From assembly GCA_053919585.1 (NCBI GenBank), contig JBSSHM010000300.1: a stretch of 60,333 nt of DNA; one strand, 5' to 3'. The stretch is from Euprymna scolopes. Lineage: Eukaryota. This document shows positions 30,252 through 41,203 of this stretch, in pieces. A program made the translations under genes and the position numbers. Each line of letters starts with the position of its first letter. Position 1 is the first letter of the stretch. Under the pieces are notes generated by a model that made no database searches, was not told where the DNA came from, and was given only the letters and a program-made list of their open reading frames with translations.

Positions 30252-31349
30252 CTAAGTAACTTCTGTCAACACTTTTTTAACCTGACTTTGTTCATAATCA
30301 TAGCTCACCACAGCGTTGCCAATTGCTTTTAACAAAACCAAAGGCAAGCCTTTATCACGTAATTTTTTATCTTTAAACATCAAATCTCTGTACTCTATAT
30401 AGGTTAAATTCTTAGGTCCTGAAGTAGGTAATCCAACCCGTTTAAATAGTTCCGTAATGCGATCAACCTGTGCTTGATTAATCCACCCTAACTCTTGCGA
30501 TAATTTAGCAGCATAAACCATTCCTGCAGAAATTGCCTCACCATGCAACCACTCTCCATAACCCATTGCTGTCTCAATAGCATGACCAAAAGTATGACCT
30601 AAGTTTAATATTGCTCTTAATCCACTCTCTTTTTCATCTTTTGCTACAACTTCTGCCTTAATCACACAGCTATGTTCCACTGCATAAGCTAGCAATTGAG
30701 CATCCTGAGCTAATAATCCATCTATATTTTTTACCAGCCATTCAAAAAAATCAACATCATAAATTAATCCGTATTTAATAACTTCAGACAGCCCTGCCTT
30801 AAACTCCCTATTGGGTAAACTGCTCAAAGTAGACAAATCAATCATCACTGCACGAGGGTGATAAAAACATCCAATCATATTTTTACCCTGAGGAATGTTT
30901 ACTCCTGTTTTGCCACCCACTGAGGAATCCACTTGTGCTAATAATGTCGTCGGCACTTGAATATAATTCACACCCCTCATCCATGTTGCAGCAATAAAGC
31001 CGGTTAAATCACCAATCACACCACCACCTAAAGCAATCAGTGTTGAACTGCGATTAAAACCTGCCTCACTAAGATCTGTGTAAACTTTCTCCATCGTTGA
31101 TAACTTTTTATGCTCCTCACCCTCAGAAATGAGTATAGGTAGCACATTATAATTGGCAAGAGCATTTTCTAAATCACCCAAATACAACTCGGCAATTTTT
31201 GGATTTGTAATGATAGCTACTTGCTTACCTGCAGAAAATGATCGCATGATTTTTTCCCATAAATGTTGATTCACTAATACTTTTTGATCAATATAAATAG
31301 GATAAGCACGATGCTCAATAGCTTGTAGTTCTACAGATAGGACATTCAT
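30252..31349 (-). CDS. aroB: 3-dehydroquinate synthase
   Basis: GGGVIGD, PTTLLAQVDSSVGGKTG, LNLGHTFGHAIE. Confidence 0.98.
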   Translation of the reverse strand: MNVLSVELQAIEHRAYPIYIDQKVLVNQHLWEKIMRSFSAGKQVAIITNPKIAELYLGDLENALANYNVLPILISEGEEHKKLSTMEKVYTDLSEAGFNRSSTLIALGGGVIGDLTGFIAATWMRGVNYIQVPTTLLAQVDSSVGGKTGVNIPQGKNMIGCFYHPRAVMIDLSTLSSLPNREFKAGLSEVIKYGLIYDVDFFEWLVKNIDGLLAQDAQLLAYAVEHSCVIKAEVVAKDEKESGLRAILNLGHTFGHAIETAMGYGEWLHGEAISAGMVYAAKLSQELGWINQAQVDRITELFKRVGLPTSGPKNLTYIEYRDLMFKDKKLRDKGLPLVLLKAIGNAVVSYDYEQSQVKKVLTEVT

Positions 31350-31375
31350 GGATTAAATTATGACTTAGCTACTCC

Positions 31376-32155
31376 TTAGCTAGTGGATAAAATGCGTTCG
31401 ACTTCTTGTAAAAAAATTTTGGGATGATCAGCATGCACCCAGTGACCAGCTCCTTCGATACCAATTATATCTAAATTTGGAAAATACCGATGCATAGATG
31501 GGTGATCATCAATACTAACAAACTCAGAATCCATGCCATAAATAAACGCACCTAAACCTACATAACATTGACTCTCAGAAACTGGATTATTCCCCCAAGA
31601 AGGATAATCTTCACGCAAATAATTCCATGCCACTTTCCATACAAAATCACCTTGTGGAGAACGCTGTAAACTTTTCAAAACAAATTGCCGAATGCTTGGA
31701 TCAGCAATACCTTCAGATAAAATTTTCTCTGCTTGTTGACGGCTAGAAACCTTAGCCAACTCTACTTTTTCCATTAAATCAAAAATGGGTTTTTGCAAAG
31801 CTGGGTAATCACGTGGAGCCATATCCACAACAATTAATTTTTTAATCCTATCAGGAAAATTCATTGCCATAAACATTGCCACTCTCGCCCCCATCGAATG
31901 TCCTAGTAAATGGGTACTCTCTATATTATTTTCATCTAAATAGCGTATTAAATCTTGGCTCATTGCCAAAAAAGAAGCATCTGCATGATTGGGTGAATCA
32001 CCATGATTGCGTAAATCAGGTAAATGCACTTGATAAGGAAGCTGCTTTATTAAACGCAAATTATCACTACTACCTAACACCCCATGTAATGCTAAAAGCG
32101 GCTCACCATCACCAAATACCTGCGTATGCAGGGAAACAGACTCAATTCCCCTCAT
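31376..32155 (-). CDS. ybfF: Alpha/beta hydrolase, YbfF-like esterase
   Basis: HGVLGS, DLRNHG, GHSMG, DMAP, GHWVHA. Confidence 0.85.
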   Translation of the reverse strand: MRGIESVSLHTQVFGDGEPLLALHGVLGSSDNLRLIKQLPYQVHLPDLRNHGDSPNHADASFLAMSQDLIRYLDENNIESTHLLGHSMGARVAMFMAMNFPDRIKKLIVVDMAPRDYPALQKPIFDLMEKVELAKVSSRQQAEKILSEGIADPSIRQFVLKSLQRSPQGDFVWKVAWNYLREDYPSWGNNPVSESQCYVGLGAFIYGMDSEFVSIDDHPSMHRYFPNLDIIGIEGAGHWVHADHPKIFLQEVERILSTS

Positions 32156-32451
32156 ACTCGTTTACGATAAAGCTGATAAATAAATCCCGGAAAACTCAAT
32201 ACTAAGAACAAACAAATAAAGGAAACATAAAATTCCCAATCCTGACTATACACACTGCCCATTAAAAAACTTTCCACCATTAATGAGAGTACAAAACCAA
32301 TGATAAGATAAATTATCCATTGTAACAATTGCCATCTTAATTTGTGTTTAACAGGTAAGGGTTTTACAAAAAAAAGCGAACCACTTATCCAAGGCAAATT
32401 TGCCAATATAAATTCAACAAATAAAAAAGTAAATATCTGCCAACTAATCAT
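32152..32451 (-). CDS. Small membrane protein (DUF2818-like)
   Basis: ANLPW, QDWEFY and FPGF pattern; three TM segments. Confidence 0.7.
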   Translation of the reverse strand: MISWQIFTFLFVEFILANLPWISGSLFFVKPLPVKHKLRWQLLQWIIYLIIGFVLSLMVESFLMGSVYSQDWEFYVSFICLFLVLSFPGFIYQLYRKRV

Positions 32452-32465
32452 TTTAAAAATGTCCT

Positions 32466-32852
32466 TTATTTTTGTGAATAAAAACCGATGGTATTCCCTT
32501 CAGTATCTTTAGCAATAGCAATAAATCCTGCTTCACCAATGGACATTTTAGGCATGATTAATTCACCACCTGCCTCATTCACCCTAGCAGCTTCTATCTC
32601 ACAATTTTGACAGTTAAAATACACCAATGTGCTATTCCCCCCGGCTTTCACACCCTCCATTTTACAAATTGCCCCTGCCACACCAGGTTTCTCCTGCATA
32701 GGGAATGCCCACATTTCAGGCTGCGGAAAATCTTTCTTTTGATCCGGATTATCCAAACGAGTTAATTGTTGATTGAGGACTTTTTCATAAAAACTCTTGG
32801 CACGAGAAAGATCATCCACATATATTTCAAACCAACAAACCGTATTATTCAT
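32466..32852 (-). CDS. VOC/glyoxalase family protein
   Basis: WFEIYVDDLSRAKSFY, DTEGN. Confidence 0.92.
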   Translation of the reverse strand: MNNTVCWFEIYVDDLSRAKSFYEKVLNQQLTRLDNPDQKKDFPQPEMWAFPMQEKPGVAGAICKMEGVKAGGNSTLVYFNCQNCEIEAARVNEAGGELIMPKMSIGEAGFIAIAKDTEGNTIGFYSQK

Positions 32853-32906
32853 AACTCATTCCATTATTTAACTATAAAAAACTTTCACATGCTTACATTA
32901 ATCAAA

Positions 32907-34355
32907 CTATTTCGGTAACCAAAGCAAATCAGTCAGCCTGCTCACGTTCGTTTTAAGAGTCAACTCTTTATCTGCAAATAATTGTTTAATCGCCTCTACT
33001 TTATCAGAGGACAACTCCGACTCTCCTAAAGCCTGCTCAAATTTACCAATCAATATAGGAATCCCCTCCTCTCTACGTAGACGATGACCAATAGGATAAT
33101 GCACTTCTATTTTTTCTGTTTCACTACCATCATTAAAGAAAACCTGCACGGAATTGGCAATAGAACGCTTATTTGGATCCAAATATTCTTTTGAATAAAG
33201 GATATTTTCCGTCACCACCATTTTATCTCTCAATTGGTCAACAATGGGCATATTGGCGACATCATCTTCATAGTCAGCAGCCACCAAGTCTCCTTTTATC
33301 AAACCAATCGCCGTCATGTACTGAATACAATGATCCCGATCGGCTGGATTATCAAGTTTTCCTGTTTTATTAATGATACGATCACCGGATTCTTGCGTTT
33401 CAATGATAATCTGCTTAATATCATCTAACCTATCCTTGATTTGTGGATGTAAAGTTACAGCAGCCTCTACTGCAGTTTGGGCATGAAATTCTGCTGGAAA
33501 AGAAATTTTAAATAAGACATTTTCCATAACATATTGCCCAAATTCTTGCTCTAATACTAAAGGTCTTCCATCAAATAACACATCTTGAAATCCCCAAATC
33601 GGAGCAGTAATAGAAGAAGGATAGCCCATTTCGTCAGTTCTTGCAATCAATGCCAATCTCACAGCTCGGCTGGTGGCATCTCCTGCTGCCCATGATTTTC
33701 TTGAACCCGTATTCGGTGCATGGCGATAGGTACGCAAAGCCGAACCATCTAACCAAGCATGCGAGACAGCATTTAATACCTGCTCACAGTTCAAACCAAG
33801 CATCTCACAAATGACAGCAGTAGAAGCAATACGCACCAACATTACATGATCCAAACCCACTTTATTAAAACTATTTTTTAATGCCAACACACCTTGAATT
33901 TCATGTGCTTTAATCATTGCCTGAATCACATCACTCAACGTCAGTAAACCCTGATGAGATCGATTAAGATAATCAGCTACCATCAAAATACTGCCTAAAT
34001 TGTCTGATGGATGCCCCCATTCGGCAGCCAACCACGTATCATTAAAATCTAACCACCGAACCATAGCTCCAAAATTAAAGGCAGCTTGAATAGGCTCAAG
34101 CTGGTAATGAGTCCCCGGCACTTTTGCACCTATTTCAGGCAACGTTGCATTGGGTACAGAAGGTCCTAATAATTTACAACAGGCAGGGTATTTCAGTGCC
34201 ATTAAGGCACAAGCAATCGAATCCATTAAACAATAATGTGCCGTCTCCATCGCTAGCTTGCTTTGTGAGGCATCATAATCTAATACATAATCAACAATCT
34301 GTTGAATGACATCATCAAAATCAGGGCGGTTTGCTGAAATAATTGCTTGACTCAT
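32907..34355 (-). CDS. prpD: 2-methylcitrate dehydratase
   Basis: [34 protein letters not shown]. Confidence 0.97.
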   Translation of the reverse strand: MSQAIISANRPDFDDVIQQIVDYVLDYDASQSKLAMETAHYCLMDSIACALMALKYPACCKLLGPSVPNATLPEIGAKVPGTHYQLEPIQAAFNFGAMVRWLDFNDTWLAAEWGHPSDNLGSILMVADYLNRSHQGLLTLSDVIQAMIKAHEIQGVLALKNSFNKVGLDHVMLVRIASTAVICEMLGLNCEQVLNAVSHAWLDGSALRTYRHAPNTGSRKSWAAGDATSRAVRLALIARTDEMGYPSSITAPIWGFQDVLFDGRPLVLEQEFGQYVMENVLFKISFPAEFHAQTAVEAAVTLHPQIKDRLDDIKQIIIETQESGDRIINKTGKLDNPADRDHCIQYMTAIGLIKGDLVAADYEDDVANMPIVDQLRDKMVVTENILYSKEYLDPNKRSIANSVQVFFNDGSETEKIEVHYPIGHRLRREEGIPILIGKFEQALGESELSSDKVEAIKQLFADKELTLKTNVSRLTDLLWLPK

Positions 34356-34419
34356 AAGATTATCTGTTTTTTAATTTTCTGTTATTTTTAAATGCTCTTG
34401 TGAGAGAACAATAGCAAAA

Positions 34420-35535
34420 CTATCTTTGTGAAAGTGGCACATATTTTAGTTCTTCTGGTCCAATATACTCAGCATTTGGGCGAATCAGACGATTATCTGC
34501 TCGTTGCTCCATGATATGAGCAGACCAGCCTGTGATACGACTGATAATAAAAATAGGCGTAAACAAATCCGTCTCAATTCCCATAAAATGATACGAACTT
34601 GCCGAATAAAAATCCAAATTTGGGAATAGTTTTTTCTCATCCCACATACGTTTCTCTATCGCTTCAGAAACCGCATAATAGTGTGCATTAGCATGCCCAT
34701 GGCTTAATTTTTCTGCCCACTTCTTAATCACTAAATTACGTGGATCGCTAATTTTATACACGGCATGCCCAAAGCCCATTATTTTATCTTTATTTTGCAG
34801 TTTTTGAGTGATACCCCTATCCGCTTCATCGGGCGTTTTATACAACTCAATCAACTCCATTGCTGCCTCATTCGCTCCGCCATGTAGTGGACCTCGTAAA
34901 GCACCAATCCCTCCACAAACAGATGAATAAAAATCACTCAAGGTAGCAGTGATAACTCGAGATGTAAAGGTTGAAGCATCATACTCATGCTCTGCATAAA
35001 GAATTAAGGACACATCCATGCAACGTCTATGCTCCTCTGAAGGTGTACATCCATTTAACAACTCTAAAAAATGCCCAGCAAGGCTATCCTGCTGCGTGAT
35101 TACCTCAATTTCTTTATTTCCTCTAGCATAATGCACCCAATAACACAAAGCCGAAGGAAAGAAACTCAATAACCTATCAGCAATATCAAGCTGTTGATTC
35201 AATGATTTTTCTGACTCAATACAACCTAACATTGAACAAGCTGTTCGTAGTACATCCATAGGGTGTGCATCACCGGGGATGGCTCGCAAAACTTCCTTAA
35301 TTGGCTTCGGCACATTTCTTAAAGGCAATAATTTTTCCTGATAAGCCTCTAATTCAGACTGATTAGGCAAATGCCCACGAGTGAGCAAAAAAGCCACCTC
35401 TTCGAAGGTTGAATAAGCCGCTAAATCATGAATATCATAACCACGATAGGTTAATCCCACGCCGTCTTTACCACACGTACAAATAGCTGTATTACCGGCA
35501 GAAATACCACGTAATCCTGCTGTATTATTGCTCAT
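34420..35535 (-). CDS. prpC: 2-methylcitrate synthase
   Basis: GPLHGGANE, MGFGHAVY, FPNLDF, LIRP; between prpB and prpD. Confidence 0.95.
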   Translation of the reverse strand: MSNNTAGLRGISAGNTAICTCGKDGVGLTYRGYDIHDLAAYSTFEEVAFLLTRGHLPNQSELEAYQEKLLPLRNVPKPIKEVLRAIPGDAHPMDVLRTACSMLGCIESEKSLNQQLDIADRLLSFFPSALCYWVHYARGNKEIEVITQQDSLAGHFLELLNGCTPSEEHRRCMDVSLILYAEHEYDASTFTSRVITATLSDFYSSVCGGIGALRGPLHGGANEAAMELIELYKTPDEADRGITQKLQNKDKIMGFGHAVYKISDPRNLVIKKWAEKLSHGHANAHYYAVSEAIEKRMWDEKKLFPNLDFYSASSYHFMGIETDLFTPIFIISRITGWSAHIMEQRADNRLIRPNAEYIGPEELKYVPLSQR

Positions 35536-35548
35536 AATATCTCCTTGA

Positions 35549-36411
35549 CTATTGAGTCAACTTATCTAAAGTTTGCTCATAATAATGATAGTCCAAATAC
35601 TCATATAACTCTTTGCGAGTTTGCATTGAATCTAGTGCATCCTGTTGATGACCATCACTGAGCAAATGCTGATAAACCTTTTCAGCTGCCCGATTCATTG
35701 ACCGAAATGCTGATAAAGGATAAAGCACCATTTTAATTCCCACATCATGTAACTCTTGTTTACTAAATAGGGGAGTTTGTCCAAATTCAGTAACATTTGC
35801 CAAACAGGGTACTCCCACCGCCTGACAAAACTTTTTATAATGATTAAGCTCTGTCATTGCCTCAGGAAAAATCATATCGGCTCCTGCTTCTACATATACC
35901 ATCGCACGTTCAACGGAACACTCAAAACCTTACACAGACAAAGCATCTGTTCTTGCCATAATCACAAAATCTTGATCAATTCATGTATCCACGGCAGATT
36001 TAATTCTATCCACCATTTCATCCGTGCTGACTAATACTTTATTGGGGCGATGCCCACATTGTTTTTGACTAATTTGATCCTCAATATGCACCGTTGCTAC
36101 ACTGTTTTTTCCATTCTCTTAATGGTCAATGCAATATTGAATGCACCACCCCATCCTGTGTCAATATCCACAAGCAAAGGCAAATTAGAAGCATTAGTAA
36201 TACGTTCAGCATCCTCTAATACATTATCTAAACTGGTCATTCTTAAATCTGGCAAGCCATATGAAGCATTGGCCACCCCAGCACCTGAGAGATAAATGGC
36301 TTGATATCCAATCTTCTCAGCCATAAGTACCGTGTAGGCATTAATCGTACCCACCACTTGAATAGGAAAATTTTCTGCCACTAATTTTCTAAAAAGTCCA
36401 CCTTGACTCAT
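35549..36411 (-). pseudogene. prpB: Methylisocitrate lyase pseudogene
   Basis: YLSG, DIDTGWG, HIEDQ..KQCGH, ARTDA, GADMIFPEA. One frameshift (about 36102-36110) and two in-frame stops (TGA 35981-35983, TAA 35930-35932). Confidence 0.88.
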
Positions 36412-36702
36412 ATGCTAAACATCTCACTAATAAACAAGAATTTTAATTTCTCTATTGTACAATAGAGAAACGACATAAATGAGAGTTATAACATAATCAT
36501 CTATAAATCAAGGCATTGAATTTATATATTTCATCACCTAACCACCAAACCGTGTGTGGGATGTATTTTGAGTTTAATTGATTGAAAATATAATAAATAA
36601 TAAAAAACTGAATAATTATTTCACGTATTTTACTACATTATTGAAATGTTCTATCAATCCGCTTCTAGAAGATAAACGATATAGGATTTATACAGACACT
36701 AC

Positions 36703-37055
36703 TTAAAATGCCTTAAATTCAAACGTTCCTATAATATTTTTACCCCAATTTATACCATCTGAGGAACTCCAAATATCATTTTTATATCTATATGAAGCAT
36801 CATGCCCCCCCTATCAACCATAGTTTATCTTTAAATGTAACAATTTGGCTACGGTGTCTAGCTGAAAATGTTTTTACAGATATAACCTTAGAAGCTATTC
36901 GACCGTCAAAGGTATTTTTTAAAACATAGTAAGCAGGGTTAGTTAAAGTCAATGCACGATCTTTTAATATCGTACCACTAGAAACTTTTCCCATTTGTCC
37001 TTTAGTACAGAAAAAATAATACTAGCGAAAATTTTATTATGCGATTATTTTTCAT
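36703..37055 (-). pseudogene. Broken small lipoprotein-like gene with one Kelch/beta-propeller-like blade
   Basis: MKNNRIIKFSLVLF / FCTKGQ...FSARHRSQIVTFKDKLWLIGG / HDASYRYKNDIWSSSDGINW. Frameshifts fall in T6 (about 37011-37016) and G7 (36805-36811) runs. Confidence 0.6.
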
Positions 37056-37259
37056 AATAGTTTGAATATTAAAAACAAATAAAACAAGAAAAAATTTTTA
37101 CTCAATAAAAACTCATCAAAAAGAAAAAATCCACCATTTTATGTATATCTAAAGCATTCTACATAAAACTTTTGAATCGTATGTATAAATTTTAAATACC
37201 ATTCAAAAAGTTGCCATCTTATATGAGTCAAAAAACAATTAGTACTTAATTAGTACTTA

Positions 37260-39878
37260 TTATTTTTTACTCAGCACCTGCTCGAGTTTTTCAAGAGCCA
37301 ATGAGATTTTTTCTGGATTGGCACTTGCCATAGCTAATCCTTCACGTCCACCACCTTTCCCATCAGCAAAGGACGCCAAATGATTTACCAAATCATTTGC
37401 CTTAATAGACTTTAGCAAATCATCTGTCACACCACAGGCTAATTGTCCTTTCCCATTAATATCAGTTGCTACCACAACAATGCCGCTTTTAATTTTCTGC
37501 TTGTATTCATCTACTTTCTGGCGTACCTTAGCACCTTCTAATTGCCCCAAATGCTGCACAATCACCTGATAACCAGCAATGCTTTGAATCTCTACTACTT
37601 TATTGTCTGTCAAACTATTTTCTAATTTTTCAATTTGCGATTTCAATTGTTTTTGCTTAGCCAACAAATTTGATACAAATGAACATAGTTGTGTACTCGG
37701 TATTTTACACAAAGAGCTTAATTCATTCACCGTTTGTGCCTGAGTATTTAGATATGAAAATAGCCCATCGCCACTTAATGCCTCTATACGCCTAACACCC
37801 GTGGACACACTACCTTCACTAACAATTTTTAAAAAGCCAATATCACCACTTTGTGAAACGTGTGTTCCTCCGCATAGCTCGATTGAATTACCCATTTTCA
37901 CCACACGCACGTTATCGCCATACTTTTCACCAAACAATGCCATTGCTCCAAGTTTTTTTGCCTCATCAATAGGCATGACTTGTGTTTCAACCTGATGATT
38001 TTTTTGAATCTGTAGGTTAATTTCATTCTCAATTTTCTGTAAAACAGATTCAGCGATTTTATCGCCATAGGAAAAATCAAAACGCAATTTGTTTTCATCC
38101 ACTAACGAACCTTTCTGTGCTACCCCATCACCAAGATGCTGACGTAAAGCATGATGAAGCAAATGCGTACTTGAATGATTTTTTTCAATATTACACCGCC
38201 TCTGTCTATCTACACTTGCATACACTTTATCCCCCACAGCCAAGGCTGAGCCAATAAGCAATTGTCCATAACATACGTATACACCACCTTGTTTGTGCAT
38301 ACCATGTACAACAAACTCACATCCATCACCCTTAATCACACCACTATCACTCACCTGTCCACCTGACTCACTATAAAATGGACACTGCTCCAATACAACA
38401 AATGCTTCTTCTTTATGCTTAACAACTTCCACCTCCTTGGCTTGCTTGCTAAAAACAGACTGAATAACCGTTTCACATTCCATCTTCTCATAGCCAATAA
38501 AATTATCCATCGCTACCATCGGCAGGCTAACATCCGGTTGGTTAAACTGCATAGAGGCACGAGCACGTTTTTTTTGCTCATTCATTGCAACATCAAATCC
38601 TTCATAATCCATTTCTAGATTCATCTCACGTGCCATATCTGCCGTTAAATCCACAGGAAAACCAAAGGTATCGTACAAATAAAAAATCAATTCCCCATCT
38701 ATACACTTATTCTTCTTAATCTGGCTATCTTCTTCTAATTTTTGCTGAAAAATTGCCAACCCCTTTCTCAAAGTTTCACTAAAACGCAACTCTTCTTGTT
38801 GCAAGGTCTTTCGAATCACTGACTCTGCCTGAACTAATTCTGGGTAATTCTCACCCATACACACCACTAGTGGCTCCAATAATTTATCAAAAAATGGAGA
38901 CTGAACAATCCCTACCTTATTACCATGACGAATAGCACGACGAATAATCCGCCGCAACACATAACCACTTCCCTCATTACTTGGCAACACACCATCAGCA
39001 ATTAAAAATGCACACGCACGGATATGATCGGCTAGCACTTTAAAAGATGGGTTCTCTCTATCCATCGTCTCTTGATATTCTGATGCAACCAATGATTGTG
39101 CCATGGCAACTAATGTAGCTAATTCATCTGTATCATAATTATTGGTTTTCTTTTGCAACACCGTCGTAATACGTTCCAAGCCCATGCCTGTATCCACAGA
39201 AGGTTTTGGTAATGATGTTAAACTTCCATCAGCATCACGATTAAACTGCATAAATACCAAATTCCAAATTTCCACATAGCGATCACCATCTTCATCTGCT
39301 GATCCTGGTGGTCCTCCCTGCACATGCTCTCCATGATCATAAAAAATCTCTGAGCAAGGACCACAAGGACCCGTATTCCCCATTGACCAAAAATTATCCG
39401 CATCACCACAACGGATAATCTTCTCCTTCGGTACACCAATTTTTTGATGCCAAATATCAGCTGCTTCATCATCACTATGATGTACGGTAATCCATAATTT
39501 CTCTTTAGGCAAGGCGAGTTCTTTAGTTAAAAAACCCCATGCCAAATGAATCGCTTGCTCTTTAAAATAATCACCAAAACTAAAATTACCCAGCATTTCA
39601 AAAAAAGTATGGTGGCGTGCTGTGTAACCGACATTCTCTAAATCATTATGTTTCCCACCAGCACGTAAACAACGCTGAATACTCACCGCTCGCTTATATT
39701 CACTTTGTTCATAACCCAAAAACAAATTTTTAAACGGAACCATCCCTGAATTTGTAAACAATAACGACTTATCATCTGATGCCGGCACAAGTGATGCAGA
39801 ATGCACATGATGATGATCATGTTTTTTAAAATAATTCAAGAATTTATTGCGAATCTCATTCGCACTAATAACAGACAT
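37260..39878 (-). CDS. alaS: Alanine--tRNA ligase
   Basis: TARHHTFFEMLGNFSFGDYFK, HSSTHLLH, ELCGGTH, GKGGG. Confidence 0.99.
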   Translation of the reverse strand: MSVISANEIRNKFLNYFKKHDHHHVHSASLVPASDDKSLLFTNSGMVPFKNLFLGYEQSEYKRAVSIQRCLRAGGKHNDLENVGYTARHHTFFEMLGNFSFGDYFKEQAIHLAWGFLTKELALPKEKLWITVHHSDDEAADIWHQKIGVPKEKIIRCGDADNFWSMGNTGPCGPCSEIFYDHGEHVQGGPPGSADEDGDRYVEIWNLVFMQFNRDADGSLTSLPKPSVDTGMGLERITTVLQKKTNNYDTDELATLVAMAQSLVASEYQETMDRENPSFKVLADHIRACAFLIADGVLPSNEGSGYVLRRIIRRAIRHGNKVGIVQSPFFDKLLEPLVVCMGENYPELVQAESVIRKTLQQEELRFSETLRKGLAIFQQKLEEDSQIKKNKCIDGELIFYLYDTFGFPVDLTADMAREMNLEMDYEGFDVAMNEQKKRARASMQFNQPDVSLPMVAMDNFIGYEKMECETVIQSVFSKQAKEVEVVKHKEEAFVVLEQCPFYSESGGQVSDSGVIKGDGCEFVVHGMHKQGGVYVCYGQLLIGSALAVGDKVYASVDRQRRCNIEKNHSSTHLLHHALRQHLGDGVAQKGSLVDENKLRFDFSYGDKIAESVLQKIENEINLQIQKNHQVETQVMPIDEAKKLGAMALFGEKYGDNVRVVKMGNSIELCGGTHVSQSGDIGFLKIVSEGSVSTGVRRIEALSGDGLFSYLNTQAQTVNELSSLCKIPSTQLCSFVSNLLAKQKQLKSQIEKLENSLTDNKVVEIQSIAGYQVIVQHLGQLEGAKVRQKVDEYKQKIKSGIVVVATDINGKGQLACGVTDDLLKSIKANDLVNHLASFADGKGGGREGLAMASANPEKISLALEKLEQVLSKK

Positions 39879-40003
39879 TAAAACTCCTTAAAAAAATGAA
39901 TAAATAAAGTGAGTAAAATCACAAAAAAGAACAAAAAACACACTGTTAATTTTAACGCATTTATAGAAACATCCAGACCAACCTTAACTATCCACTAAGC
40001 TAG

Positions 40004-41188
40004 TTAATTCAATAATTTATCAACTTCTTTATCTGAACTAATTCCCATTTCTTTTAGATTCTGTGCCTGCTGAATGACATTCCCTCGCTGACTAGTCAAT
40101 CGATTAAATGCCCCTTGATATTTGCTCTGAGCCCCCTCAATTGCTAAACCCACTTTTTTAAAATCTTCAACAAAGCGAGTCAGTTGATCATAAAGCTTAG
40201 CACCTTGCGTTGCAATTTTCTCTGCATTTTTACTACGCATATCTACCTGCCACTGAGCATGAATAATACGTAACACACCAAATAATGTGTTCGGTGTTAC
40301 GATTAGAATACGCTGATTCAGTGCCTTAAGAAACAAATCGTTTTGCTGGGTTGCCGTAACAGTGAGTGCACTTTCAATAGGCACAAACATCAATACAAAA
40401 TCCAGCCCCTCCAATTCCTGCACTCGATGATACTCACGTTTTGCTAACTCTTTCACATGACGCTGCAATGACTCAATATGCTGCCTTAAATACTGTTGAC
40501 GTTGTTCAAATGATAACTCCACTACATCCTGACTATACTCATAGTATGCTGAAAGCGATACCTTAGCGTCAATCACCACTTGGCGACTATTTGGCAAACT
40601 CACCACTATATCTGGTCTCAATATCTCACCTTGAGAATTTTTATACACTTTTTGTGTATGATATTCTCTACCCAATTGCAAACCCGATATTTCCAAAACA
40701 CGCTCCAAAATCATCTCACCCCATGCTCCTTGCGTGTGTGATTGCCCCACTAATGCCTCTGTTAAACTCTTTGCATCATTACTCATCTGTTGATTAAGCT
40801 GTGCAAGTTGCTGAATTTTCTCACTCAATTGCGTGCGTTCCTTAATATCCTGCTCACGTAACAAATCAATACGGCTACGAAAAACATCCAACTGTTCACG
40901 CATGGGCTTTAACACTTCTTCAATTTGCTTTTTTCCCTGTTCAAAATGTTGCTGATGCTGATCCTGATAAACTTTTTGTGAAAGCTCCGAAAAACGTTGT
41001 TGCCACTGCTCATCACTGTATTTTTGTTGCTCAGCTTGTTGCTCCAACATCGTGTTTTTTTCCTGCTGAACATGTAGCTTCCCAGCAAGAGACTGCTCCC
41101 GTGAATGTGCTTTGATATGGCGAATAAAAAACCCCACGATCAAGCCAATCATCAACCCAATAATAAGAATGATAAATTCACTCATCAC
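40004..41188 (-). CDS. rmuC: DNA recombination protein RmuC
   Basis: QGAWGEMILERVLE, RPD..IDAKVSL, DFVLMFVPIE. Confidence 0.95.
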   Translation of the reverse strand: MMSEFIILIIGLMIGLIVGFFIRHIKAHSREQSLAGKLHVQQEKNTMLEQQAEQQKYSDEQWQQRFSELSQKVYQDQHQQHFEQGKKQIEEVLKPMREQLDVFRSRIDLLREQDIKERTQLSEKIQQLAQLNQQMSNDAKSLTEALVGQSHTQGAWGEMILERVLEISGLQLGREYHTQKVYKNSQGEILRPDIVVSLPNSRQVVIDAKVSLSAYYEYSQDVVELSFEQRQQYLRQHIESLQRHVKELAKREYHRVQELEGLDFVLMFVPIESALTVTATQQNDLFLKALNQRILIVTPNTLFGVLRIIHAQWQVDMRSKNAEKIATQGAKLYDQLTRFVEDFKKVGLAIEGAQSKYQGAFNRLTSQRGNVIQQAQNLKEMGISSDKEVDKLLN

Positions 41189-41203
41189 ACCATTTACCTA
41201 ACT

